Positions 44,851 to 54,843 of a stretch of DNA of 58,837 nucleotides are shown here, in pieces. A program made the position numbers and the translations under genes. The first letter of the stretch is position 1, and each line of letters begins with the position of its first letter. The stretch spans positions 1 through 58,837 of IMG/VR virus record IMGVR_UViG_3300045119_000159. One strand, given 5' to 3'. A model generated the notes under the pieces. The model searched no databases. It saw only the letters and a program-made list of their open reading frames with translations, and had not been told where the DNA came from. This stretch comes from a virus. Lineage: Duplodnaviria; Caudoviricetes.

Positions 44851-45399
44851 GTGATACGCTCTGTTGCGATGACATCCGAAGAATGGCGTCCCGTTGAAGG
44901 CTGGCCTTACGAGGTCAGCAACCTTGGTCGCGTGCGGCGAGCGGCTGATGCAGTTCTTTGGAACGGCGCAATCGCGTTTCCGAAAGGGTACGTGCTACGT
45001 CCGAGACCGCATAAGGCTGGATATCAGACAGTCAGCTTATGCGCTGGCGGTCGGCCGAAAGGATTCCTCATAAGTCGGCTAGTTTGCACTGCATTCAACG
45101 GTGCGCCGCCATCGGTCGAGCACGAAGCGGCCCATTGGGATGGTGACAAGACCAACAACCGTGCGACTAACCTGCGGTGGGCCACTGGCGTTGAAAACGC
45201 TGCGGACAAAATTCGCCATGATCGCGTGTCGCGAGGTAGCCGCCAGGGCCGCGCTAAACTCACCGAGTCAAATGTGATCGAGATCCGAGCCCTGATCGCC
45301 GCCGGCGTTCCGCAGCGACAGATCGCTAAACGCTTCGGCGTCACCAAATCGCCGATTAACGAAATCCACCGAGGACGCGCATGGTCCTGGCTCACGTAG
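44851..45399 (+). CDS. NUMOD4-HNH homing endonuclease
   Basis: EEWRPV..YEVSNLGRVR; AAHWDGDKTNN...NLRW...EN; C-terminal HTH. Confidence 0.9.
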   Translation: MIRSVAMTSEEWRPVEGWPYEVSNLGRVRRAADAVLWNGAIAFPKGYVLRPRPHKAGYQTVSLCAGGRPKGFLISRLVCTAFNGAPPSVEHEAAHWDGDKTNNRATNLRWATGVENAADKIRHDRVSRGSRQGRAKLTESNVIEIRALIAAGVPQRQIAKRFGVTKSPINEIHRGRAWSWLT

Positions 45400-47080
45400 G
45401 CCCATAGACTGCCGAGCCGTCCGCTGCCGGTTGCGTGATGTTGTGTAGCTGAGCCGCCGCGTCCATGCCGGTTTTGGCAATGTTTGCAGCCTGCTCTGCC
45501 TGTTGCATCCCTTGTACGACGTTACCAGCCTGAGTGCTCGCCGCGACTTTCTGCGCAACTGTGTCTTCGTCAGGCAGCCATTCGGCAGGAGCACCAGATC
45601 CTCTCACCGCATCCTGTAATCCCCTAACCCAATCGACCGCATGGCCCGTATTTGGGTCAATTTTAACCGCGCCGGCCCCAAGCCCTAATGCATTCTGAAA
45701 TTGATTTACTTTATTTTTTTCAATTGCATCTTGTAATGGGTTGGAAAACTTGAACTCTAGATCCTGCCCCGACAAAACTTTGGGCCAGTCCTCCATCCCG
45801 CCAAACAAGCCGATGTCCTTCAGAACCTCGAATATCTCGGAGAGCGTCATGTCGATGCCGTTTTCCCACGGCTCGAACAACGGGATGTTCGCCCTAATAA
45901 ACTCTTCTACGAGCTGCGCGGTCTCGAATGCCGTCTTGGCCTGCTGCGGCAGGGTCAGCTTGGTCAGGTACCACGTATCCCTGAGAGCCAGAGTCGTGCG
46001 GTTGATCAGGTCGATGCCGATCGCCGGCTTGATATCGCCGGGCAACAGCGGCTCGATCGACGGCCCGGCGCGCTCGTCGTATTCCCTGTCAACCCAGGTA
46101 ATCTGCCCGGCCCCGAGGTTGACGGCCCCCTTGATCGCCGCCTGAGTCACCTTCATCGGCGGGTCCAATGTCTTCTCACCAGCTTCCAGCAACACCAGTG
46201 CCATCGTCTGCATGCCGCGCCCATCCGATAGCCCGGTCATCGCAGCAGGCGAATAACCGTACTGACTCCCCGATAATGTGGCCCAGCGGTCGATGATGTA
46301 GCGGAACCGATTGGATGGCCGTTCGCTCAACAGCATCTTATGTTCGCTATCGTAATAGACAGAAACATAAGTCAGCTTTTGCCCTGGTTGTTTTTTGTTA
46401 TATTCGTACTCATCCGCCAGCATCATCGTGTGGCAGAGCTTGAATTCCTTGTCTGGCTCTTTGTCTAACGCGGTGATTATGCTACTATGCAATGTGGCGT
46501 CGGGAAACTTCTTCTTGATATGCCGCGCCGACGCCTTGAACCGGCGGGACATGAAATCCTGGGCAATCCCATCCGCGTCATCGAGCCATGCGCAATCCCT
46601 GAGATGCCAGCAGCGCTCCATGAGCCGCTGTTTGCCGTCATTCCCTCGCGATGCCTCGATGGTCTTGACAGCGTTGCCGAACGTCACCTCATCGTGGTCG
46701 GCTTCCTTTTCTGCTCTGACAAACCCGGTTCTTGCCTGATACATCGCCGAGCGCATCAGGTTGTTGGCGTAATCGAGCGTCCGAGCGACCTGTTTGTCCT
46801 CGTTCACCCGGTCGTCCTGATGCGCCAGCCGGAACCATTGCTGGCCCCTCGGACGCAGCATCGCCGCCCTGGCATTCCCCAGATCGCGCCGGCATCTCAA
46901 GGGTTCGGAATCGAACAGGTCGATGGCGAACTCTTCACCAAGAGCGCGCTGAAGCGTGAAATCCGCCCGCTCGGGATAGAAATTGAGCGCGAGTTCCTGA
47001 TTCAGCGAGTCAAGATTGCCCTTGAGGCCAAACAGCTTCTCCTCGCGCTTGGCAAGTTCCCGCGCGTTGTCATCGGCCAT
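45392..47080 (-). CDS. Portal / head-to-tail connector (T7 gp8, BPP-1 type)
   Basis: LRPRGQQWFRL, TFGNA, RW...GSQYGYSPA, TAFE, F.NPL; 562 aa. Confidence 0.92.
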   Translation of the reverse strand: MADDNARELAKREEKLFGLKGNLDSLNQELALNFYPERADFTLQRALGEEFAIDLFDSEPLRCRRDLGNARAAMLRPRGQQWFRLAHQDDRVNEDKQVARTLDYANNLMRSAMYQARTGFVRAEKEADHDEVTFGNAVKTIEASRGNDGKQRLMERCWHLRDCAWLDDADGIAQDFMSRRFKASARHIKKKFPDATLHSSIITALDKEPDKEFKLCHTMMLADEYEYNKKQPGQKLTYVSVYYDSEHKMLLSERPSNRFRYIIDRWATLSGSQYGYSPAAMTGLSDGRGMQTMALVLLEAGEKTLDPPMKVTQAAIKGAVNLGAGQITWVDREYDERAGPSIEPLLPGDIKPAIGIDLINRTTLALRDTWYLTKLTLPQQAKTAFETAQLVEEFIRANIPLFEPWENGIDMTLSEIFEVLKDIGLFGGMEDWPKVLSGQDLEFKFSNPLQDAIEKNKVNQFQNALGLGAGAVKIDPNTGHAVDWVRGLQDAVRGSGAPAEWLPDEDTVAQKVAASTQAGNVVQGMQQAEQAANIAKTGMDAAAQLHNITQPAADGSAVYGPT

Positions 47081-47104
47081 CCAAACGATGCCCTCGGAAC
47101 AGGG

Positions 47105-47635
47105 TCAGTCCATGACTGCGAGAACGCCAGCATCGTACAGCTTCAGTTCCTCGCAGGTGGACAGCGTGTCGCCGATTCGATCGCCAAACATGATCTTGGC
47201 GTCATCGCCCCAATGCGCGCCCTCGGTCATGGCGATGCGGCGAGCGTGCATGACATCCTCCGCCGCGACCAGCATCGTGTGCGCCATGTTGCTTTGGAAG
47301 AACGGCGGCTCATTCAAATCCCGCGCCTTCAGGATAAAAATCTTCAGTGCCGGGTTGATCTCGCGGGGAGGCACAACGACCGGGGCCGCGACATGCGCGT
47401 CACGCTCCGCCGTCAGCTTGTCCATTTCCTCCTGTTCCGCCGGGGTCGGCTCCGACATGCCGCGCAACTCGGCCAGCCGCTCGGCTTGCTCAGGGGTCAG
47501 CGGTTGCGCCGCAGGAACTGCCGCCGGTTCGACAGCAGCCGGAGCCGGATCATGTACCGGAGGAACCGGAGGAACAGTGCCGGGCATCGGCGGCGGGACG
47601 GGTGGGGTGCTGGTGGTGACGGCTGCATCAGACAT
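47105..47635 (-). CDS. Pro-rich hypothetical protein
   Basis: GAGGA RBS; in late operon. Confidence 0.65.
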   Translation of the reverse strand: MSDAAVTTSTPPVPPPMPGTVPPVPPVHDPAPAAVEPAAVPAAQPLTPEQAERLAELRGMSEPTPAEQEEMDKLTAERDAHVAAPVVVPPREINPALKIFILKARDLNEPPFFQSNMAHTMLVAAEDVMHARRIAMTEGAHWGDDAKIMFGDRIGDTLSTCEELKLYDAGVLAVMD

Positions 47636-47817
47636 GGCTAAATCCTCTCTCCTTGGCAAAATCCCGCCGCAACTCGGCGATATCCGCAGGCGTCATGCCT
47701 GCCTCAAGCATAATTCTCTCCGGGATCGGATCGCTGGCCCCGATGCCCTCATGATCACACAGAACCCCCAGCCGGCTTCGGATGGCCGACCACCGAGAGA
47801 ACCACATGATTTCCCTC

Positions 47818-48024
47818 CTACAAAGTACCGAGTTTTGTGCTGGAATAATCGTCGGTGCCGCCCGAGAGCAACGTCGATGCCCGTCCCGATCGGGCGGCGG
47901 CTTCCGTCTGGATCTTCCTCTTCGCCGCCAGAATGGCAGGGTCTTCAAGGTCAGGGATCGGGACGACCGGGGGCGGGGGCGGCAGCTTTGGTGCCGATGG
48001 ACCACCGCCAAACAAGGCACCCAT
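47818..48024 (-). CDS. Small virion protein upstream of portal
   Basis: MGALFGGG..P-rich..RSGRASTLLS...LG typical of podovirus pre-portal proteins. Confidence 0.78.
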   Translation of the reverse strand: MGALFGGGPSAPKLPPPPPVVPIPDLEDPAILAAKRKIQTEAAARSGRASTLLSGGTDDYSSTKLGTL

Positions 48025-48028
48025 CGGA

Positions 48029-48433
48029 TTATGGCCCGTAACTCGCCGTCGCGAGGGTGTTGACGACCATCGTCATGCCATCGAGCTTGACGCAGAGCTT
48101 GAAGGCAGTCTTCGCCGAGTCGGTGATCGACAAGGTGAAAACCCCAGCCGAATTGGTCTGTACCTCAAGCTTGAACTTGGCGAGATAGGTAAACAGAACA
48201 TTGCCGAGCGTGCTGGCCGTCTTGACGGTCACGGCACCCGATGCAGTCGTAGCGCTGTACCCGTTGCCGACCGCGCTGTCCGACAGGAAGAGGTCAAAGA
48301 TGGCGTTGGGAATCGGCGCACCGTTGGCGTTCCTCGCCGTCATCGTGATCTCGGAGACGGTGGCCGCACCCTGCGCCACGACCCCCGTCACATAGGCAAT
48401 CCTGTCGAATTGCCGCTGTACCACGTCAACCAT
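48029..48433 (-). CDS. Ig-like hypothetical structural protein
   Basis: GGAG RBS; beta-rich, QTNSAGVFTLSITD. Confidence 0.7.
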   Translation of the reverse strand: MVDVVQRQFDRIAYVTGVVAQGAATVSEITMTARNANGAPIPNAIFDLFLSDSAVGNGYSATTASGAVTVKTASTLGNVLFTYLAKFKLEVQTNSAGVFTLSITDSAKTAFKLCVKLDGMTMVVNTLATASYGP

Positions 48434-48453
48434 TTGCTATCTCCTTGCCAGTC

Positions 48454-48726
48454 TCAGCCGCTTCGCCCGTCCCGTCGCAGTTTGGCGATGCCCTTCCCCG
48501 TCTTCACAAGCTGGGTTGCCGCAGAATAAATACTCTCATTCGCGTCCAGGGCTTCCTCGGCGTGGTTTTTGAACTCGCCCGCTAGCGTTTCCGCCTCTAT
48601 CAGCAGACCCCAAAGCTCTCGGGCGCAGTCTGCCGCATCTCCGTCGCCCAGCGACGACAACCGTTCATTCGCTGCGAGTTTGCGTGCAATATAGTCCTTC
48701 GGCCACGCTACATCGTTCCAATCCAT
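48454..48726 (-). CDS. Hypothetical protein
   Basis: Likely start MDWNDV, after terL. Confidence 0.5.
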   Translation of the reverse strand: MDWNDVAWPKDYIARKLAANERLSSLGDGDAADCARELWGLLIEAETLAGEFKNHAEEALDANESIYSAATQLVKTGKGIAKLRRDGRSG

Positions 48727-48768
48727 TTGCTCGCCCTTCCGCGCTAATGCCCGGCAAAGCATAACAAA

Positions 48769-50427
48769 TCAGCGACGCCGTGCGTAACGTTTAGCGCGCT
48801 CGTATCCGAGATTCGCCATAACCTGAAATCTCTCGGGCATGTGCCGCTGTGCCGCTCTCTCATCCCCGTAAGCCCACGCCATGACTACCGCATCGGCCTT
48901 GTCCGGCGATCGTCCCAGGCGCTTCCGGATCTGCTCTTTCATCTCGATCTGGATGTCCCGCTTCTCGGGAATCCGGCGCGGCATTGCCAGTTCAGCCGCC
49001 AACTCAGGGTCAGGCGGTAACGCAATCCCGGCCCCCGTCTCCGGGTCCAACGCCTCACGAAACCGCCACCAAGCTTCCGCCCGCTTGTTGGCAAACCCCT
49101 CCAAACCGTTCGCGCTCTTCAGCATCGAGCCGCTGGAGCCGAGAAACCCGACTACCGCGTCGTCGGGGAGTTGGTGTCGAAGGTGGTCGTAAGCCGAACC
49201 ACCCCATCCTCCCCCCATGTCAACGACCACCGTACATCCGTCCCGCATTGCTCCGAATACCAGCGCAGCAACCGCAGGGCCGTTGCTGGTGTCAATACCT
49301 TCCACCGACTTGACCGGAGCAAACCATCGTCCATGCCGGGCGGCAAGCACGGTTCTATCCGGTCCACCTTGCGCAACATCCACTCCCATCGATGTCATCG
49401 GCACGTCACGCGGCGGCTCGCGGAACCACCTCTGACGAGCCTTCTGTATCCAATCGCTCGGGATCACCTGCCAGGCCGCGTCCTCACGACCAGCGAGGAA
49501 GTCGCCCTTCAAGAGCTGACTTCGCAGCGGCTCTGGCAGGTTCTCCAGTGTCGCCCGGTAATCCGTCCGAGCGAGATACGGGTTGTCGTTGAGCAACGCC
49601 GGCACAAACGTCCGCGATTTCGCGGTATACTCTTCGCCCTCAACCTCGTATCGCCCCGGCCCCTCAACCCACTGCGTCTTGTTCTTCGGGAAGATGAACC
49701 AGCGCAATTCACCCGGCACCGCAACCCCCGCAAAACTCGGGTCCAGCCACGGCGCAAACCATTCAACCAGCCACTGCCCTTCCGAGCCACGCGGCGGGTT
49801 GGATGCAAAAATCACCCGACAGCGCTGATCCACATCGGTCGATCGGCACCAGCCAATCAACGAAGCCGCCTGTTCCTCCAAAAACTCGCCAGCCTCGTCA
49901 AACGCCATCAGATCCCGCGCCCGACCGGCAAATCCCCGCCAATCGTCCGGCTCCTTCATGCCGCCCAGCTTGATCGAACGCCCGCCAGCATTGTGCTCGC
50001 CGCCATTCCCCTCGTACCGCCAGCCCTCGCGCCCGATCATCTCCCACAAGCCGTTGATCAACCCGTCCAACTCAGTCGATTGCCGCCTCAGGATAAGCGC
50101 TCTCTTATGATTGAGCGCGGCACACCCCAACAGCAGAGCGCTTTTGCCGCCACCCGCCGCACCACCGTACAGCAATTCGTCCGCCGCCGAATTCAGCGCC
50201 ATCGTCTGCGGCCCCGGCAACGCCACAAACGGCAGCCTCAAAACCCCCGCCAACGCCTTGACGATGCCCGCCCGCTGATCCTCCGGCAGCCTCGCCAGAT
50301 CACCCTCAATCGTCTTTAGCTGCTCCGTTATCGGGAGTGCCTTAAACTCTTGCAGCGCATCCAACCCCACCTCGTTCCTGTTTCGCGGCGACGGATCTAC
50401 CAGCGCCGCCAGCAGAGAGGTCAGCAC
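48769..50427 (-). CDS. terL: Terminase large subunit
   Basis: LLYGGAAGGGKS, FDEA, ASNP, GVDVAQGG.D, SPDKADA. Confidence 0.95.
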   Translation of the reverse strand: MLTSLLAALVDPSPRNRNEVGLDALQEFKALPITEQLKTIEGDLARLPEDQRAGIVKALAGVLRLPFVALPGPQTMALNSAADELLYGGAAGGGKSALLLGCAALNHKRALILRRQSTELDGLINGLWEMIGREGWRYEGNGGEHNAGGRSIKLGGMKEPDDWRGFAGRARDLMAFDEAGEFLEEQAASLIGWCRSTDVDQRCRVIFASNPPRGSEGQWLVEWFAPWLDPSFAGVAVPGELRWFIFPKNKTQWVEGPGRYEVEGEEYTAKSRTFVPALLNDNPYLARTDYRATLENLPEPLRSQLLKGDFLAGREDAAWQVIPSDWIQKARQRWFREPPRDVPMTSMGVDVAQGGPDRTVLAARHGRWFAPVKSVEGIDTSNGPAVAALVFGAMRDGCTVVVDMGGGWGGSAYDHLRHQLPDDAVVGFLGSSGSMLKSANGLEGFANKRAEAWWRFREALDPETGAGIALPPDPELAAELAMPRRIPEKRDIQIEMKEQIRKRLGRSPDKADAVVMAWAYGDERAAQRHMPERFQVMANLGYERAKRYARRR

Positions 50428-50446
50428 TCAGGGTATCCCGATGTCA

Positions 50447-53239
50447 TCAGAACGTGTACCCGATGCTACAGACATGGGCAGCAGACGCCGCCCCAGCCGA
50501 CGTTTGTAGCTGAACACTTATAGCGTCTGTGGGAGCGACAGGGATGCCGGAGAGCGCCACAATCCAGATAGGTCCGGTGCTCTGACTAGCTCCGGTAATT
50601 ACTCCGCTAAGAGGTCGCGCGATCGAACTCTGGAAAATTGTGTAGGTGTAGGTTTCGCTCCCACTCGGTGCTGCCGAGCTTTGGCAGGTTAAATATTGGA
50701 TGAAGCCGACAAACGGAACCTCGAACGCCAGCGCCGTGCTGCTGCCGAGGGTCGATATACCGCTTGGCCCGAGATATACCGTCGTGGCTGCCGGGACTAA
50801 ATTAGGACCGCTCGACGCGCTGATTATCTGCGTCCCGTGCGGGACCGACATCCTGACGGGGCGGGTTGTTCCAGGGTTGGACCCGACCGCTACATCAAAC
50901 TCGTCTTGAAAACCTGGAATGCACGGCGTCACCGACGCGGTTGCCGGAGGCGGCGGCGCTATATAAGAACAAATTATTTGATTATTCGGGTCGTTGAAGT
51001 TTGTGACGCCCCTTAACTTGATAAGGTTGAAGCCGCCATCCCATGATTGATTGAGGTTGGGACCATTTATATCGGTGTAATAAGCGTCGATGACGGTCCC
51101 GGCCTCGGCGAACCCGTTGGGAGCATCGCCGATCTGGACGCCACCTTGCTCGAAGGCAGGGCCGACATTCCAATCTGCATAAGTTCCCGAACCCAAGATG
51201 GTGTCTATATTCGCGACCAACACGCCGGTAGAAACGTTATATGAAGTGACGACGCCGCTCATAAAATTGCCGCCGTTGGCTTGCTCCCGTAATTGCACGA
51301 AGCCGCCAGCCTTGAAGCCCATCCCGGTCGGCACGGTAAACGACTTGCTGCCAGTACCGACCGCCAGCGATGTTGAAGACGTTACATTTGGCAACACATA
51401 CATGATGGAGTTGTACAGCATCACGGCCTGACCGCCAGGGCCGCGGGAGAGAACCTGATAGGCGTCGCCGCCGGAGATCAGGGTGCCATGCCCAACAAAC
51501 CCCTGCCCGGCGAGACTCTCGCTGATCAGGCCGTATTTGGGCCAGAACACGTCAGAGCTGCCGACGTAGCCACCACCGAACAACTCGGCCTGGCTGAACT
51601 TAACGTTGCCGCTCGGGCCGACCTTGACGTTAGCTCCGGTTCCATTCGGTTGGGCCATCGTGATAGGCGGGCCGGGCCAGCCGATCAGCATGTCGCCCAA
51701 ACGGGAATCGGTTGGCCCATTAAAAAACAGACTGCCGCCGCCGATGCCGCCGGGCATGTCGGGATCGCCACGCTGGTTGCAACGGATCAGCTGCGTGCCG
51801 CCAAGATTGCGCACGATCCCATCGACGTCATTGGCAGCAACCAGCCAGCCAAAGGCATTGTGCTGCTCCCAGCACCAGCCCCGAGTATTAAAGATATCGA
51901 CATTCTGCAGCGTTATGCCTTGCGCGTAGCTGTAGAATCCCCGCCCGTTCGGGTTCGCCGTGTTGTTAGGCGCGTTGCCATCCAGGGTAATATCGCGCAG
52001 GCTGAGCCGCCACGGGCCACCGGCTGCCGTGCCGTCATTGACCCCAGTGTTGATCAACTGAGTGATATGCCAGTTGGCGAACGGCCCGGCCGCGCCCGAG
52101 CCGCGCAGAACGTTGACGACGAGCTGCTTCGTTCCGGCATTGTATGAAGTCACCGTGCCGGTCAGCCAATTGACCGCGCCGGCACCGCCATTGGACACGA
52201 CAGCCTGAATCCATGCTCCGGGGTTGAACGTGTTGACGGGTGCCGCTTCGAGTATGAAGACCACCGACAGAGGGCCGCCGGAAAGCGCCGGAGGCGCAGG
52301 AGGGCCGCTATAAACCGTCGCCGGGATCGAGACCGATGAGGTGCTGTCCGCCGCGACAACCAGGTTGGCGACACCATCGGTTCGCAACACATCTGTCGGC
52401 GAGTTGTTACACAATTTCAGCCGCGACACCTGTTTCGAGGTGCCCGCCAGCGTAACCAGATTCTTCAGCGTAATCCCCGTTGAACACCCAACGACCGAGG
52501 TTCCGACCAAACTGATCGTCGCCCCGCCGATGCTGCTCGCCCAGGCGATCGCCGCGTTCGTGCATGCCGTGTCGTCCGTCGCGCCATCAACCCGACAACC
52601 CCACATCCGGGTGTCGTAGATGCCATCGTGCGTCGGCTCCAACCGCCAGCGCCCGGTGCCCGGTGCGGCGTTCGGCACCACACAGGAACCCCCATCGTCT
52701 ACGCACGCCGAGGCACCGTCCCAGTAATATAGAGTCGCGGGTGAATCCCCTGCCGAGGTGTATGCAGTCCGCAACACTGCGGTATAAGCACCCGCCGCCA
52801 GAGCCTTCAGGGAAGCGTGGTTAGGTGTTGCCGGCATCCCGTTGACGGTGCCAGTCGGGATGTTGATGCCGTTTACCCGAAACAGGATCGTTCCGGCGTT
52901 GCTCGCCCCGCCGAAGCTGTCCAGCGAAAAAACCCCGTTGCCCGAGCCATCGTGCCCAAGGCAAAGCGCACTGTAAGGCCCCAATGTGCTGGCCGTGTTC
53001 GAGCATACGCCCGGCCCAAAATGATCGGTGATCCCAAACGGGCTCAGTCCCAAACCCGAGACCGAGTCGCCAAAAACCCCGTTCCTCGAAGCGTCCTGAA
53101 TCAGCCCGTTCGAGTCGAACCGGGGCACGTGGTAGGGAACCATCGTGCCAGACTGGAAAACAGGAATGCCCTGCCCGAATGCCAGCGACGGCAAGGCAAG
53201 CGCCAAGGCCGCCGACAGCGCATAGCGGTGCAGGGTCAT
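50447..53239 (-). CDS. Tailspike-like beta-helix (pectate-lyase-like) protein with signal peptide
   Basis: MTLHRYALSAALALALPSLAFGQ; WGCRVDGATDDTACTNAAI; LRDITLDGN; two VTSYN..T..L modules. Confidence 0.8.
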   Translation of the reverse strand: MTLHRYALSAALALALPSLAFGQGIPVFQSGTMVPYHVPRFDSNGLIQDASRNGVFGDSVSGLGLSPFGITDHFGPGVCSNTASTLGPYSALCLGHDGSGNGVFSLDSFGGASNAGTILFRVNGINIPTGTVNGMPATPNHASLKALAAGAYTAVLRTAYTSAGDSPATLYYWDGASACVDDGGSCVVPNAAPGTGRWRLEPTHDGIYDTRMWGCRVDGATDDTACTNAAIAWASSIGGATISLVGTSVVGCSTGITLKNLVTLAGTSKQVSRLKLCNNSPTDVLRTDGVANLVVAADSTSSVSIPATVYSGPPAPPALSGGPLSVVFILEAAPVNTFNPGAWIQAVVSNGGAGAVNWLTGTVTSYNAGTKQLVVNVLRGSGAAGPFANWHITQLINTGVNDGTAAGGPWRLSLRDITLDGNAPNNTANPNGRGFYSYAQGITLQNVDIFNTRGWCWEQHNAFGWLVAANDVDGIVRNLGGTQLIRCNQRGDPDMPGGIGGGSLFFNGPTDSRLGDMLIGWPGPPITMAQPNGTGANVKVGPSGNVKFSQAELFGGGYVGSSDVFWPKYGLISESLAGQGFVGHGTLISGGDAYQVLSRGPGGQAVMLYNSIMYVLPNVTSSTSLAVGTGSKSFTVPTGMGFKAGGFVQLREQANGGNFMSGVVTSYNVSTGVLVANIDTILGSGTYADWNVGPAFEQGGVQIGDAPNGFAEAGTVIDAYYTDINGPNLNQSWDGGFNLIKLRGVTNFNDPNNQIICSYIAPPPPATASVTPCIPGFQDEFDVAVGSNPGTTRPVRMSVPHGTQIISASSGPNLVPAATTVYLGPSGISTLGSSTALAFEVPFVGFIQYLTCQSSAAPSGSETYTYTIFQSSIARPLSGVITGASQSTGPIWIVALSGIPVAPTDAISVQLQTSAGAASAAHVCSIGYTF

Positions 53240-53651
53240 TGAGCCTCGCGTGTGTCTACGTCATCACGAACAGCATGATCAGGAAATCGGCCAGGACCGC
53301 CAGCGCATGCGGCAGGGCAACCGATATCTCGGTAGCGCGCGGACCCTCACGGCGGATCGGGAAATAGGTGTCGGAGGCAGGCATTCGTGCGCCTCGCGTC
53401 TGGTAGGTGCGGCGGTCGGCATCGTTAACACACAATGCCTTTAGACGCCGCCGCTCGCCTTGTGAGGTGGGCTCCTGGAAATCGGATGGCGGATGTCCTA
53501 TCCGCCGCAAAACTCACGAAACGCAGCGCAAAGCCTAGCGATCCTGAAAGCTCGGTGTTCGCGACCCATCCTCTGGCCCATCCACCTGCTGCGGAAACAT
53601 GTTTTGGTTGATGTTAAGACTTGTAAAGTCTTGACGACTACTCACATTCAA

Positions 53652-54047
53652 ATGATGATCAGATGCGCCAAATGCGGGGAGGATCACCACCTTGCGTGGC
53701 AATGCCGTTATGCGCCCGAAATCGCCGCTCGTAAGCTCGCGCAGCTTCAAGGCAAGACGATGGTTCGAGAGCCGGCCGCTTCGTTACCCTCTCGTCGGAC
53801 AGAACCAGAGGCAGGAAAGCCCTCTGACTCCCGGCCAGTTGCGCAGAGGGCTCGAAGGGCTCAAAATGCTCGCCTTCAAGAGCCCGCCAACCAGCAAACC
53901 CTCTCTGCAGAGGGAGTGGCGTCTTTACGGGCCAACGTGGTTGAGACCAAGAGCGTGGGAGCATTTAATCGCGCGGCGTACCAAAAAGCCTACATGAAAA
54001 CGTACATGCCGAAATGGCGCGCCAGACAGAAGGCTGCTAAGACTTAG
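53652..54047 (+). CDS. Hypothetical protein with Zn knuckle and basic C-terminal helix
   Basis: CAKCGEDH...C; FNRAAYQKAYM..WRAR. Confidence 0.65.
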   Translation: MMIRCAKCGEDHHLAWQCRYAPEIAARKLAQLQGKTMVREPAASLPSRRTEPEAGKPSDSRPVAQRARRAQNARLQEPANQQTLSAEGVASLRANVVETKSVGAFNRAAYQKAYMKTYMPKWRARQKAAKT

Positions 54048-54082
54048 CAACGTGCTAAGACTTAACAGGATGCTAAGACTTA
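54035..54082. repeat. Three TGCTAAGACTTA direct repeats, 18-bp period
   Basis: Copies at 54035, 54053, 54071. Confidence 0.9.
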
Positions 54083-54549
54083 TCCTTCCCCCCATGCAGC
54101 ACAGCCAGCAACGCTAGAGCCAGCTTAGAGCCGTCCGTTTCAGGGATCAGCTCCTTGCCGCCGGCTCCTACAAGCTCCGTGCGGTCGCCGTATTTCTTCG
54201 GCAACAGCTTAGATGCGACCCATTTCCGAGCGTCCACACGGAGCCGGGAGCGATTGATGTGCTCTTGATTGGCGACAACCACCGTATCGTCGCCCTGCTG
54301 CCGAAGCATCCAATCGTTCCGAGCATCGTCGGAAATCTCAATTATCTCAGCAGCATAACGCTCGGCCTGAACCTCACGCGCCTGCGCGTATTTCTCGCGG
54401 AACGCGTCATTTTTTGCAATCCAGCGATAAACCGTAGCCTCATCAGGGAATTCATCCTTATCGCAAAGCTCGCGTAATGAGAACCCTGCGATGAGCTTTT
54501 GGCAGATTTCCTCGGCAATCTCGTCTGAATATGAGCTGAAGCGACCCAT
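54073..54549 (-). CDS. terS: Terminase small subunit (Sf6 gp1-like)
   Basis: MGRFSSYSDEIAEEIC...SLRELC...F...YAQAR...RSRLRVDARKW..SKL.PKKYGD. Confidence 0.9.
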   Translation of the reverse strand: MGRFSSYSDEIAEEICQKLIAGFSLRELCDKDEFPDEATVYRWIAKNDAFREKYAQAREVQAERYAAEIIEISDDARNDWMLRQQGDDTVVVANQEHINRSRLRVDARKWVASKLLPKKYGDRTELVGAGGKELIPETDGSKLALALLAVLHGGKDKS

Positions 54550-54746
54550 CAGCCCTTCCCGATGTTTGGATATCGCCGATGCACAGCGGCGCGGACCTTG
54601 GCTTTTTCCTCGGGAGTGCCATTTGCCGAGACTCTTGAGAGGGCGTCTCGGGCGTGAGCGGCGTCGTGGATCGGATATCTGCGCCCAGGCAAAGCAAAAG
54701 CGCTGGCGGGCAGATCCTTGCGCGTCGCACTCATCAATACCGCCAT
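54549..54746 (-). CDS. DUF6582-like small protein
   Basis: RKDLPASAFALPGRRYPIHDAAHARDAL. Confidence 0.75.
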   Translation of the reverse strand: MAVLMSATRKDLPASAFALPGRRYPIHDAAHARDALSRVSANGTPEEKAKVRAAVHRRYPNIGKG

Positions 54747-54843
54747 TGCACCCCCAACGCAAAAGCGCGCCGAGATTGCTCTGGGCGCGCGTAGTTCTAA
54801 TCGCTAGGCGCTTGTGGCAGGTTTCGTGTGACGCGTCAAGCGG

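Noticed and set aside
54073-54762. 229-aa extended TerS
   Set aside because: The extension overlaps the DUF6582-like gene; the family-like start is at 54549
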